This document shows, one piece after another, positions 9,189-20,437 of a stretch of DNA of 64,000 nucleotides. The number at the start of each line of letters is the position of its first letter. Positions within the stretch are counted from its first letter, which is position 1. The position numbers were made by a program, and so were the translations under genes. The stretch comes from an uncultured Acidimicrobiia bacterium (GTDB lineage: Bacteria; Actinomycetota; Acidimicrobiia; Acidimicrobiales; Ilumatobacteraceae). Location: positions 3,647-67,646 of the forward strand of contig CAWIVW010000010.1 in assembly GCA_963839695.1 (NCBI GenBank). The letters are read 5' to 3'. A model generated the notes under the pieces. The model was not told the DNA's origin. It was given only the letters and a program-made list of their open reading frames with translations, and made no database searches.

Positions 9189-10163
9189 TCAGCTCGCTCT
9201 CATCGCGGCGGGGAGGTCGACGCGGTCGATGACCTGCTCGACGAGCTCGCCGGCGTCGACCTTGCCGAGCTCGGCCTCGGGGGTGAGCAGCATGCGATGG
9301 CCCATCACCGCCGGGGCGACGATGCGCACGTCGTCGGCGGTGACGAACGGGCGGCCCTGGGCGGCGGCGAGCGCCCGGGACGTGCGGATCATGCCGATCG
9401 CGCCGCGGGTCGAGACGCCCAGCCGCAGCTCGGGCAGGGTGCGGGTGGCGGCGCACAGGCGGACGACGTAGCTGCGGATCGAGTCCTCGACGTGGACGTG
9501 CTCGGCGACCTCGATCATGTTGCGCACGTCGGACGTCGACATCACCGGCGACAGCCCTTCCGGCCGCAGGCCGTCGGCGAGCATGCGCAGCACGTCGACC
9601 TCGTGGTCGTGGTCCGGGTAGCCGAGCGTCGTGCGCATCAGGAAGCGGTCGAGCTGCGCTTCGGGCAGCCGGTACGTGCCCTCCTGCTCGACCGGGTTCT
9701 GGGTGGCGAGGACCACGAACGGGCGGGGCACGTCGTAGCCGACGCCGTCGACCGTGACGTGACGCTCCTCCATCACCTCGAGCAGCGCCGCCTGCGTCTT
9801 CGGGGAGGCCCGGTTGATCTCGTCGGCGAGGACGACGTTGGCGAACACCGCGCCCCGGCGGAAGTCGAACGTCCCCTGGGACTGGTTGTAGACGAGCCCG
9901 CCAGTGACGTCCGACGGCAGCAGGTCCGGGGTGAACTGGATCCGGCTCCAGGTGCCCTTCACCGAGTGGGCGATCGCCTTCGCCAGCGACGTCTTGCCGG
10001 TGCCCGGGACGTCGTCGACGAGCAGGTGCCCCTCGCTGAACAGGCAGACCAGGGCGAGGGCGATCTGGTCGCGCTTGCCCTTGATGACCTGTTCGACGTT
10101 CTCGAGCAAGGCGTTGAACCAGTGGCTGAACCACTCGGCCTGTTGGTCGGTTGCGGGTTGCAT
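9189..10163 (-). CDS. moxR: MoxR-family AAA+ ATPase, intact
   Basis: 324 aa. Walker A is GTGKTS, Walker B is VVLADEINRASPKTQAALLEVMEE, and LATQNPVEQEGTYRLPEAQLDRF is a MoxR hallmark. Confidence 0.92.
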   Translation of the reverse strand: MQPATDQQAEWFSHWFNALLENVEQVIKGKRDQIALALVCLFSEGHLLVDDVPGTGKTSLAKAIAHSVKGTWSRIQFTPDLLPSDVTGGLVYNQSQGTFDFRRGAVFANVVLADEINRASPKTQAALLEVMEERHVTVDGVGYDVPRPFVVLATQNPVEQEGTYRLPEAQLDRFLMRTTLGYPDHDHEVDVLRMLADGLRPEGLSPVMSTSDVRNMIEVAEHVHVEDSIRSYVVRLCAATRTLPELRLGVSTRGAIGMIRTSRALAAAQGRPFVTADDVRIVAPAVMGHRMLLTPEAELGKVDAGELVEQVIDRVDLPAAMRAS

Positions 10164-10187
10164 GGTGCTCTCTCTCGGGGTTGATGT

Positions 10188-13100
10188 TCAGCTGACCGAA
10201 GGTGCGGTGTTCGCTCTCGTGGCCTCCCGGCTCGAGCCGCACCCAGAAGACGTCGTTGGGGTAACCGAAGTAGCAGACGTTGCCGGCGGAGAGGTCGCCG
10301 TTGCCGTTGGCGGTGGCGTTGTTCGCACCGCCCACCGCTCCCCAGTCGTTGCTGTAGCACTGCACCGAGTACGTGCGTCCGGGGGTGAGGCCACTGCCGC
10401 TCACGTTGATCCACCGGCAGTACGACGAACCGCAGTTGGGCTGCCCCTGGGCGGACGCGCCCTTGCTCCAGTTCACGTGCACCGGCGCCCGCGGCGTGGC
10501 GTACTGGAACCCGCTCCACGCGCCGCAGCCGACTGCGTTGCAGGCCTGGACCCGGATCCCGTACTGCTGGCCGTTGTTCAGCCCGCCGAACACGTAGGAG
10601 CGGTCGCCTGACGACGGGTCGCCGCCGGGATCGATGTCGAGGTGATAGCTCGGTGATCGGCTTGCCGTTCTCGGGCGGCGCCGACCACGAGGCGGAGATC
10701 GTCGCGTTGCCGGCGTTCAGGCTCAGCCCGCCCACCTGACCCGGTTCACCCGGGGTGCGGGCCCCGACGGAGTTGGCCGGCGCGCCCGGACCGACGTCGT
10801 TGACGGCGCGGACCTGGAACGTGTAGCTGGTGCTGTTGGCGAGTCCGCCCCGGGTCGTCGACAGGACGTTGCCGACGTTCTCCCAGCCGCCGCCGTTGAC
10901 GGAGAGCTCGTAGCGGACGATCGGGCTGCCGTTGTCGTTCGCCGCAGCCCATTCGACGTAGACCCGCCCGACGTCCGGCACCGCTCTCGTGATCGTCGTC
11001 GGGAACGGCGGCCCGGCCGGGCGTGACCGCGTTCGACGGGGCGCTGGCCGGGCTGTTGCCCTCCTCGTTGGTGGCGACGACGGTGAACGTGTACGGCGTG
11101 CCGTTGGTCAGGCCGGCGAACGTCGCCGACGTGACGTTGCCGCCGACCGTCATCGTCGCGCCCTGGCTGTTGGTGATCGTGTAGCCGCTGATCGCGCAGC
11201 CCTGCGGGTTGGGCGCGGTCCACGACACGGTGGCCGACTGGTCGCCGCGGACGGCCTGCACGGCCGGGACCTGATCGGGATACGGTGCACGGGATCACGG
11301 GGACCGAGGCGGCCGACGCTGGGCTCCACCCGCCCCGGTTGCGGGCCCTGACGGTGAAGCTCTGCGGCTCGCCGTTGGGCAGGTTCGACCACTGCAGCGA
11401 CGTCGCCGTCGTGAGGTTGGTGGCGCCGGTGCTCTGGATCTGCACCTCGTACTCGATGATCGAGTCACCGCCGTTGTCCGGCGGGGTCCAGGACACGAGG
11501 ATCGTCCGGTCGCCGCGCTGACCCACGGGCGCGGCGGGCGTCGAGGGCGCACGCAACGGGTGCTCGGGCGCGGAGGGGGAGCTCCACTGGCCCTCGCCCT
11601 TGGCGTTCACGGCCCGGACGAGGAACGTGTACTCGGTGCCGTTCTGCAGCCCCGTCCAGGTGAAGGACGTGCCGGCCCCGACCCGTTGGACGGCCGAGGC
11701 GCCACCGCCGATCTGGAGGTCGTAGTTGGTGATCGCGCTGCCTTCGTTCGCCGGCGGGTTCCACGACACGATGAGCGCGCTGTCGGCGAACTGGACCGTC
11801 GGCGCGGCCGGGCGACCGGGTTCGATGTCGGGGGTGACGACCGGTGACGGTCCGCTCCACGGGCCCCAACCGGCGACGTTGTGCGCCCGCACGCTGAACT
11901 GCACGCCCTCGCCGTTGGTGAGTCCCGTCCACGTGAACCCGGTCGTGTTGCCGATGGACTGGCCGCCGCCCTCGCCGATGCGGATCTCGTAGTCGTCGAT
12001 CGGCGCGCCGTTGGCGGCCGGGGCGGCCCAGTTGACCGTCGCCGTGGCGTTGCCGGCGACCGCCGTCGGCGAGCCAGGGGCCGAGGGACGACCGATGACG
12101 TTGACCGTGACCTGGGCCTCCGCTTCCCGCTGGGCGATGTTCGAGCCGTCGCGGATCCGGTACTGGAACGTCGTCGTCCCGAAGAAGTCGCTGCTCGGGC
12201 TGAACGTGACCCGGCGGCCGTCGGTGGTGGCGGTGCCGCCGTTCGACGCGCCCACCGACGTCACCGTGAGCCCTTGGGCGAGCGGGTCGATGTCGTTGGC
12301 CAGCACCGCCACCGTCACCGGCGTCGCCTGGTTCGTGGTGGCCGAGTCGGGTCGGGCCTGCGGCGGCGGCGCGTCCGGGCGCGGCGACGGTGAGGGTCAC
12401 GGTTGCCGTCGCCGATTCGCCGCCGGAGTCGGTGACGGTGTACTGGAACGAGTCGGTGCGGCCCGCCTGGTCGATGGCCGCGGTGGCCCGCACCGTCGCC
12501 CCGTCGGGGCGCAGCTGCACGACCCCGTCCGACGCCGGCGTCGTCGTGAACTGGAAGGTCTCGCCGGGGTCGGGATCCTTGACCAGGGCGGCGAGGTCGA
12601 CGTTCGTGGCCCGACCGGCCTGGACCTCGAGGTTGGCGTCGGCGGCCGTCGGCGGGCGGTTGCTCGGCGGGAGCACGTTCACGGTGACCGAGCCGGCGAC
12701 GATGTGCCCCTTCTGGTCGTCGGCGGTGTAGGAGAACGTCGCCCGGCCGGCGAACCGGTCGTCGGGGTTGAACCGCACGGTCAGCTCGTTCGGGCCGTTC
12801 ACCGACGTGCGGGCGGTGCCACCGCGCTGGCCGTCGCAGCAGACGAAGTACAGCGGGTCGCCGTCCGGATCGGACGCCTGGGCGGCGAGGTCGATGGCGA
12901 CGGTCTCGTTGGCCGGCGTCTCGACCTCGAGCGGCTCGACCGACGGCGCCCGGTTGTCGACGACGAGCACGGCGAGCTCGGAGGTGTCGCTGAGGCCGGC
13001 GGGGTCGGTGACCGTGTAGCGGTGCCGGCTGGACCGGTCGCCGGCGGTGAAGGTCAGCGTTCCGCCGTCGAGCTGCGCCAGCGCCGGGTCGCTGGACGAG

Positions 13101-16100
13101 ACCGTCAGCTCGGCCGGGTTGCCGTCGGGGTCGAGGTCGTTGGCGAGCAGGTCGATCTCCACCGTCTGCCCCGGTCCGACCGGCCCGATCCGGTCGTCGA
13201 CGGCGATCGGCGCGACCGGATCGGTCGACGGGATGACGATCACCTCGACCGTCGCCGACGCCGTGCCGCCCCGGCCGTCGTCGATCGAGTAGTTGAAGGC
13301 GAGCTCGGCCGGTCCGCCGTCGGCAGTGCCGGTGCGGTCGGGCGGCGTGAACTCCACCGCGCCGCCGCCCTCGACGACCGCGGTCTCGCCGCTCGACGGG
13401 GTACCGACCTGGGTGACCAGGATCCGGTCGCCGTCGGGGTCGGAGTCGTTGTCGAGGACGTCGAGGACGAGCGGGGCGCTGCCGGCGACGACCTCGATGG
13501 TGTCGTCGAACGCCTCGGGAGCACGGTTCTGGGCGGCGAGCGGCATCACCCCGACGAGCACCTCGCCGATCGCGATCTCACCGTTGGCGTCGACGAGGGC
13601 GTAGGAGAAGCGGTCGGTGCCGCTGAACGTCTCGCTGGGGGTGTAGACGATCGCGCCGTTGTCGACGCGGGCGGTCCCGCCGCCTGGTTGGGAGCGGATG
13701 TTCTGGACGGCGATGATGTCGCCGTCGGGATCGCTGTCGTTGGCGACCACCTCGACCGCGATCGGAACACCACTGCGGGTGCGGGCGAGATCGGTGCGGG
13801 CGATCGGTGGTCGGTTGACCTCGTCGGCGGGCACGATGCGCACCTCGATGAAGGCGCTCGCCTGGTTGCCCCCCTCGTCGGCGACGGTGTAGCTGAGCGT
13901 GAAGCTGGAGATCACGTCGGGCCCGACGTCGATGTCGACGGTCTGGCCGTTGAGCCCGGGCGCGCTCTCGGCCGCCGGGTTGGTGGTGACCGACGCGACC
14001 TCGAGCGCGCCGCCCTCCGGGTCGTAGTCGTTCGTCAGCACCGGCACCGCGACTCGGCCGCCGGCGCGGACCTCGACGACGTCGGTGCGGGCGACCGGCG
14101 GCTGGTCGATCACCTTGCTGTCGGTGACGGCGACGACCACGACCGCGGTGACGGGGTCGGACGTGCCGTCGGAGATCTGGTAGCGGAAGGTCGGCCGCTT
14201 GGGCGCGTTGGGGGCGACGGTGACCAGGTACCCGACCCCGTCGACCTCCTTCACGGTGAGGCCGGTCGTCCGTGGTGTGACCGACGAGTGCGACGATGTC
14301 GCCGTCGGGGTCGCCGTCGTTGGCGAGCACGTAGACGAGGCGGGACCCGCCGGCGGGGATGACCACGTCGTCGCGGACCGCCGTCGGGGGCCGGTTCGAG
14401 CCGGGCTCGGTGACCTCGACGCGGATCTGGGCGACGTCGGACTCCTCGCCGTCGGTCGCCGAGTAGTTGAACGCGTAGGTGCCCGCGGCGGTCGGGTTGA
14501 AGAAGAACTCGCCGTCGGGCGTGAGCGACAGGTCGAGCGACTCGGCGGTCTGGTTCTCGGGACGGACGAGCGTCGGGAGTTGGGCGATGAAGAGCGGGTC
14601 GTTGTCGGGATCGGTGTCGTTGTGCAGGACGTCGAGGCGCACCGGCTTGCCGACGACCGTGACGCCGGCGTCGTTGCGGGCGTCGGGCTCGTTGTTGGCG
14701 TCCTTCAGGCGGACCGACACGACGACCTTGCCCTCAGCGGTTGCGGCGAAGTCGTCGCTCACGACATAGGTCAGCTCGATCCGGTCCGACGGCTGTTGAC
14801 GTCCGGCGTGAACACCACACGGCCCGAGGGATCGGACACGATCGTGCCGGCGGTGGTGGCCGGGTCGGACAGCGCGATCGACTCGAGGACGAGCGCGTCA
14901 CCGTCGGGATCGACGTCGTTGGCGAGCACGTCGAACGTCGTCGAGCGCCCCTTGCGGGTCGAGGCGATGTCGGCGTGCGCCTCCGGCGGGCGGTTGCCCG
15001 TGCCGTTGGACGCCGTGACCTCGACGGTGACGACGGCGGAGGCGCTCTCGCCGCGCCCGTCGCTGATCGTGTAGCCGAACGTGACGACGCCGGTGTACCC
15101 GGCGGCGGGCGAGACCTGTACGCCGCGTGCGTCGGGGTTGATCGCGATCACGGCATCGCCGCCGGTCGGCTCGATCTCGGTGACGAGCAACACGTCGCCG
15201 TTCGGGTCGGTGTCGTTGGCGAGCACGTCGACGTCGATCGGGCGGTCGACGCGGGTCTGGGTCTGGTCGTCGCGGGCGACAGGAGGCCGGTTCGGGCCTT
15301 CCTCGTCGATCTCGTCCGACTCGACGATCTCGGCGTTCGGGTCGTCGGGGTTGATCTCCTCGATCACCTCGCCGCCCTCGTCCTCGGTGTTGTTCTCGTC
15401 CGACTCGTCGGCGGACTGGGCCAGGATCGCACCCCAGTCCTCGACGCGGTCGAGGCGTCGCTGCGGGCTGGTGACCCAGGCCGCGCCGGTGTCGACGTCG
15501 TTGACCCACACCCAGCCGTTGACCAGCCGGAGGCGGAGCTCGGAGCCGGCGCCTTCGAGCGGCGTGGACTGGACCTGCTGGTCACCACACCACTGGGCGA
15601 ACGTCGCCGGCGCCGTCGACACGGCGAACAGGCAGCCCCCGAAGACGATCGGGGCGACCGGCGAACCGCCGGCGAGCTGGCCGATCTGGGTGCTCTCGAC
15701 GCGCTCGCCTTCGCCGACGGTGAGGGGGATCGCGAAGATGCGGCCGTCGGCGGTGGCGGCGACGACGTGGTCCGCCTGCCCGCCGGGCTGCTGCAGGATC
15801 AAGGGAGCCGGCCGGCCGTCGGGATCGGTGACGCCGGTGTCGAGCGGCGTGACCCGGTCGGGGGTGGCCACGAAGACGTCGCCGTCGGGATCGGCGAGGA
15901 CGGCGGTGTCCTCGCCGAGGAAGGTGAGCGAGACGGCGTCGTCGGTGAGGTTGAGCTTGGGGCTGGTCTCGGTCGAGCCGTCGGGGCGCAGGAAGATGAC
16001 GTTGTCGGCGCCCTGGTCGACGATCACGGCGTGGCCGTCGGGCGTCGCCGCGGAGAGCGCGGCGCCTTCGCCGCGCAGGGTCGGCTCGACCTCGTCGAGG

Positions 16101-16550
16101 CTCTTCACCGAGGCGAGGGCGTCACGGCTCAGCTTCCACACGCCCATCGAGTCCCGTTTGACGATGAGCGCCCCACCGTCGACGGCGTGGACGGTGACGT
16201 CGGGGTCGACCTGGATCTTCTCGAGCACGGGTCTGGGTCCGGTCGTCGACCAGCCGCAGGGTGCCGGCCGTGCGGTCGTGCACGACGATGACCCCTTTCG
16301 CCTGGTCGATGTCGTAGTCGGACCCCGGCTCGGAGGTGCTGACGGCCGCGGTGACCTCGCCGACGACGCGGTTCACGTGGCCGACGTAGCCGACGTCCCG
16401 CTTGAGCAGCCAGGCGCCGCCGTCGTTGGTGTTGGCCTCGGAGCGCTCGCGCCCTTCCGCCTGCAGGGCGGTGACGACGACGGCGCCGATGACCAGCCCG
16501 AGCACGACGAGCACGCTGCCGGCGATCCCGCGCCGGGCTCGCTTCGTCAT
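10188..16550 (-). CDS. Giant (~2,100 aa) membrane-anchored surface protein: N-terminal TM, beta-rich domain, ~11 cadherin-like repeats, 6 FN3 domains and a Cys-containing C-terminal domain. Frameshifted (~8 indels).
   Basis: ATG at 16550 (MTKRARRGIAGSVLVVLGLVIGAVVV). Fragments chain across frames near 16240, 14790, 14270, 12370, 11280, 10990 and 10640. Recurrent ~100-aa units carry NRPP-x-A-x-DD ... V-x-VLANDxDPDGD. The FN3 units look like ATVSWTAP...YTFTVVATN. The final stop is unclear: the TGA at 10188 needs one more indel, otherwise the frame runs through moxR. Confidence 0.8.
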
Positions 16551-16862
16551 GTTGGGTCCTCGACGGCTCGCTTCAACCTTCTGCTCCCTGACACCTTGTT
16601 CCGACGATCCGACCTGCCGTTCGGTTCGCGGGGACGCGACACGGGTCGCGAACGGAGCAGCTGGTCGTGTTCCATCCGCCCTTCGATTTGAGGCCTTCCA
16701 CGGCAGGTGGGAGGCCGAATCGTTCGTAGGCTACTCCTCGGTACGGGGCGATGCGACGGGGACCGCTCCCCTCCCGCGACCCTCGTGCTGCCGCCTCGAC
16801 CTGCGCCTTCCACCCGAGCCGCCCACCGCCTCCCAACCGTGCCCCGTAGCCCTGACCCCACC

Positions 16863-18415
16863 GTGCCCAACGTCCAGATCGACGGGTTCGACCAGCTCGA
16901 GCTCGTCGGCAAGGGCGGGTTCAGCTACGTCTTCAGCGCGCGCCAGAAGGACTTCAACCGGCGGGTCGCGCTCAAGGTGCTGACGTTCGGGCTCGTCGAC
17001 GAGCGCGAGCGGCGGAGCTTCGAGCGCGAGTGCCGGGCGATGGGCCTCGTGTCCCAGCACCCGCACATCGTCACCGTGTTCAACGCCGCGTTCACGGCCA
17101 CCAAGCAGCCGGTGATCGTGATGGAGCTGTACAGCGGCGGGACGATGGGCGACCGCCAGAAGCGGGAGGGTCGGCTCCCCGTGGCCGTCGTCCTCGATAC
17201 CGGGGTCAAGATCGCCGGCGCCCTGCAGACCGCCCACGACCGCGGATTGCTGCACCGCGACATCAAGCCGCAGAACCTGTTCATCTCCGAGTTCGGGGAA
17301 CCGGCGCTCGGCGACTTCGGGATCTCCACGCTCGACGACGAGCGGTCGATCTCCGGCGGCGGCGGGCTCACCGTCCACTACGCCCCGCCGGAGGTGCTGG
17401 AGGGGGCCAAGGCCACGGCGATCTCCGACGTGTACTCGTTCGCGGCCACGCTCTACACCCTGCTCGAGGGGGCCCGGCCGTTCGCCCCCACCCGTGGGTC
17501 GCGGCAGCCGATCGCCGAGCTGGCCCGGCGGATCATGCTCGAGGCGCCGCCGCGGATGAGGCGCGACGACGCGCCGCGAGGGCTGAGCGAGCTGCTCGCC
17601 CGGACGATGAGCAAGTCACCGGACGAGCGCCCGGCGTCGGCGGCGGCGTTCGGCCGGGAGTTGCAGCGGATCCAGGGCGAGCTCGGCCTGCCGGTGACGG
17701 CGCTCCCCCTCGTCGCCGCCGCGCCACCGACGTCCGCCACTCCCGCCCCGCCGGCCTCCGAGCAGGGCCAGGCGGACGCACCGCGTGCCGCCCCTGCCCC
17801 CGCCTCCGGCGCCGGCCGCTGAGGTACCGGCGGCTCAGCCGGCCGAGGGCGGGGATGTCCCCGTCGAGATCCGGCCGGTCGGCGCGGACGGTGACGCCGA
17901 CGTGGACGGCCACACGATCACGGTCGGGCGGCCGGTGGTGCCGCCGGACGACGGCCACGACACCCGGACCGGAGCCGCGGTGAGCGAGGCGAGCACTCGG
18001 CGGATCGTGATCGGCACCGCGGCCGGCGTCATCTGCCTGCTCGCCGTGGCGGCGTCGTTGTTCTTCTTCGGCCGGGGTGGCGGTGGGAGTACCGAGACGA
18101 CGCTGTCCGGTCCGACGACCACCCAGGACCTCGGGTTTCCGCCGCCGACGACCGCAGGGGGTGACGGTGGTCGCGCGGGGCCGGAGACAGCGAAGCAGGT
18201 CATGGTCGCCTGGCAGGCCGTCGGCGAGCCGGACAGCGGCATCGCGCTACCAGGTCCGCCAGCAGAACCCGAGCGGACAGGTGGTCAACACCGACGACCT
18301 CTCGGTGACGATCGACGGCGTCAGCCGCGCCGAGCGACCGTGCTTCGTCGTCATCGCGATCACCGAGGCCGGCCAGACCTCCAACGAGAGCGACCTCGCC
18401 TGCCTCCTCCCGTGA
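16863..18415 (+). CDS. Receptor-type Ser/Thr protein kinase (kinase domain, linker, TM, small FN3-like ectodomain), frameshifted (2 indels)
   Basis: GTG at 16863. Kinase motifs present: GKGGFSYVF, ALKV, HRDIKPQNLF, DFGIS, YAPPE. After breaks near 17790 and 18240 it continues as RRIVIGTAAGVICLLAVAASLFFF (TM), then YQVRQQNPSGQVVNTDDLSVTIDGVSRAERPCFVVIAITEAGQTSNESDLACLLP*. Confidence 0.8.
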
Positions 18416-18421
18416 CCGCCC

Positions 18422-18468
18422 GTTCTTGCATCTAGGTCGCGCGCCCTGCGCGTGACCTAACTTAGAAC
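18422..18468. terminator. Long imperfect hairpin between convergent genes (candidate bidirectional terminator) that carries the TTGCATCT core motif
   Basis: GTTCTTGCATCTAGGTCGCGCG-CCCTG-CGCGTGACCTAACTTAGAAC. The core stem TAGGTCGCGCG/CGCGTGACCTA pairs 10 of 11. It lies 7 nt after the kinase stop and overlaps the stop of the minus-strand gene. Confidence 0.5.
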
Positions 18469-18720
18469 GTTTCTACGTTGAGCACCTCGAAGATCTCTGG
18501 CTCACCGGCGAGTTGAATTCCTGCTGCTGCCAGCTTCGGTTGCAGCGTCTCGCCGAACGCCTGAAGCTGCTCCTGCGATTCCCAGATTTCGCTGACGCGG
18601 ACGTTCTGCTCGTCACCAAAGGCGACGTGGATCAGGCATCCCGCTGCAGGCCAATCACCGGGATCTGCTCGAGCGCAGCGTGAACGGAGTCGTACTGCCC
18701 GCTATCGGTTCGAACACCAT
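18462..18720 (-). CDS. Small ABM/EthD-like protein (~85 aa), frameshifted (2 indels)
   Basis: MVFEPIAG / QYDSVHAALEQI / DPGDWPAAGCLIHVAFGDEQNVRVSEIWESQEQLQAFGETLQPKLAAAGIQLAGEPEIFEVLNVETF* is read across three frames. The pattern P-x-G-x-L-x-H-x-A...V-x-E-x-WES is typical of this small family (from memory). Confidence 0.45.
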
Positions 18721-19117
18721 CCCATTTGCTTGCCCTGCGCGGTTGCTCACCGCCGCTGCTCCCGCCGGCCCCGCCACCGTGATCGAGTACGCGCTGATGA
18801 TGTAGCGGTGGCCGCCGCGCCACCGCCGTAGGTGCGGCCCACGGAGTACCGCCCGTTCGCCGGACGCAATGTCCCCATCAATGCGATGGCCAGCCCTGCC
18901 GATGAGCCGCCGAGGTCCCCGAGCGTCACGTTGCCGGGCTGAGACGCACATCAGGGCACCTCGCTAGTCATGACAACCTGATGACAGCCCGTCCGCCTCG
19001 TATACCATTCCGCAATTGAGGGACTTGAAGTGCCACACTAAGGGTGAAGCACGCACATGCGGGCAAGACGTCGACTCGGGCGACGAGACGTCGATCCTGT
19101 AAAGAAAGGCGGAATCG

Positions 19118-19879
19118 ATGATTATCGCATTGCGGTCTCGGGGGCACGCAGTCGCGCTCACGCTGGCGCTTGTCGCCGGGGCCGGCACGCTTGTCGGAGC
19201 GACTCCCGCGAAAGCCCAAGAGCCGGGGACTGGCGCGTCGGCGTTCAAGAACTGTCCAGGTGCGACGGCGGACCTCGGCGAGACCGTCACCTGTAACTTC
19301 GCCGTTGCGAACACCGGTGATTTTCCCGCCCAGGTCACGACCCTGACGGAGACGAGTCCAGTGGGTTCGACGCCCGTTGACATCACCTGCACGGCTGGTG
19401 GAGTGGCCATCAACACTGGTGACACCCTGCCGCAAAACGTCCTATGTACAGGGACTTTCCAGGTCACCGTCGGGAACGATCCGGCGCTCTGCGGCACGAA
19501 TGTGGCCGACAGAGTGGATATCCGGCTCCTGTACACCGATTTCGAGGAGCCGTTGACCGCCGGCGCGTTCGCCACGCATGTCACGCTCATCGTGTGCCCG
19601 CCGGAGACCACCCTCCCGCCGGAGACCACGCTCCCGCCTGAGACCACACTCCCGCCGGAGACCACACTCCCGCCTGAGACCACCCTCCCGCCTGAGACCA
19701 CCCTCCCGCCTGAGACCACCCTCCCGCCTGAGACCACCCCGCCGACAACGACGCCGCCGACAACGACCATCGGACTGCCAGTAACCGGATCGTCGTCGGG
19801 AGGCACCCTCGCGGTGGCTGTCGGCATGATCGCCCTCGGCGCCGCGGCCTTGTTGCTCAGCCGCCGCCGAGCCTCGTAG
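19118..19879 (+). CDS. LPXTG cell-wall-anchored surface protein with a DUF11-like domain and (PPETTL)x8 stalk
   Basis: Signal peptide MIIALRSRGHAVALTLALVAGAGTLVGATPAKA, then a Cys-containing beta domain and 8 PPETTL repeats. The C-terminus LPVTG + hydrophobic stretch + RRRAS is a sortase sorting signal. Confidence 0.85.
   Translation: MIIALRSRGHAVALTLALVAGAGTLVGATPAKAQEPGTGASAFKNCPGATADLGETVTCNFAVANTGDFPAQVTTLTETSPVGSTPVDITCTAGGVAINTGDTLPQNVLCTGTFQVTVGNDPALCGTNVADRVDIRLLYTDFEEPLTAGAFATHVTLIVCPPETTLPPETTLPPETTLPPETTLPPETTLPPETTLPPETTLPPETTPPTTTPPTTTIGLPVTGSSSGGTLAVAVGMIALGAAALLLSRRRAS
19598..19741. repeat. 18-bp tandem repeat x8 (ccgcc[g/t]gagaccac[c/g/a]ctc) encoding PPETTL
   Basis: Read directly from the sequence. 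It is in-frame within the LPXTG gene. Confidence 0.9.
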
Positions 19880-19953
19880 CCTCGCGACGGCGCCGCAACC
19901 CCCCCGAACGCACCGATTGCGCACGGAGTTTGACTCCACTCGGCGAGGCTTGT

Positions 19954-19980
19954 GTTGGCGCCGGTCCGTCCGGCGCCAAC
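19954..19980 (+). terminator. Perfect hairpin downstream of the LPXTG gene
   Basis: GTTGGCGCCGG-TCCGT-CCGGCGCCAAC, an 11-bp stem ~75 nt after the stop. Confidence 0.5.
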
Positions 19981-20386
19981 GCGACCGCTCGACGACGGCG
20001 GCAACGTTTCGGGAGTCGGCGCTGGACGAGACGGTCGAGGCAGGGCCGGGTCGAGCGCGACGTTCGCCGCGACCGCGACGGACTAGGCCGGGGTGATTGA
20101 CGAAGTGCGTCGACGGTACCCGATGTGCTCAGCTCACCACGCCCGCAGCCGCTGCCCCGGAGTCGTCGGAGATCGTCCATCGTCACCGCGAAATGCGAGT
20201 CGGCACGTGCTGGTCGACTCGAACACGGAGCAGACTGATGATGACGTGACCCGGGACATCGAAGGAGGTCCACCTTCGGTGCATCGCCTCGAACCCCCAG
20301 GTCGCCCCACCCGACCAGAGCTACCGCGACGTGGCGGTCCTCGTCGGTATCTACGTGTTCGTCAATCGATGTTGGCTGCGGACGCG

Positions 20387-20414
20387 GAGAGGAGGGGCCG
20401 AAGCCCCTCCTCTC
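20387..20414 (-). terminator. Perfect hairpin downstream of the minus-strand surface-protein gene
   Basis: GAGAGGAGGGGC-CGAA-GCCCCTCCTCTC, a 12-bp stem 24 nt beyond the stop at 20438. Confidence 0.55.
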
Positions 20415-20437
20415 ATGAACTCACCGAATGGAGTGCA

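Noticed and set aside
9175-10593. ORF 9175..10593, which reads from the giant protein C-terminus straight through moxR.
   Set aside because: The portion overlapping moxR is out of frame with a perfectly conserved MoxR sequence and is Arg/Pro-rich nonsense. The true stop is most likely the TGA at 10188, reached after one indel.
12011-14362. Very long ORFs antisense to recognised genes: 12011..14362 (+), 39917..42562 (+), 42339..45065 (+), 27332..29872 (-) and 8745..10184 (+).
   Set aside because: These are typical shadow ORFs of >70% GC DNA. Their translations are low-complexity Arg/Gly/Asp/Val-rich with no motifs, while the opposite strand carries clear domain signatures (cadherin/FN3, RodA, PstP/FhaA, Lon, MoxR).
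16622-16652. Inverted repeat GTTCGCG...CGCGAC-ACGG-GTCGCG-AAC in the divergent region between the giant gene and the kinase.
   Set aside because: Short GC-rich palindromes are frequent in this composition. No second copy or known motif supports a call.
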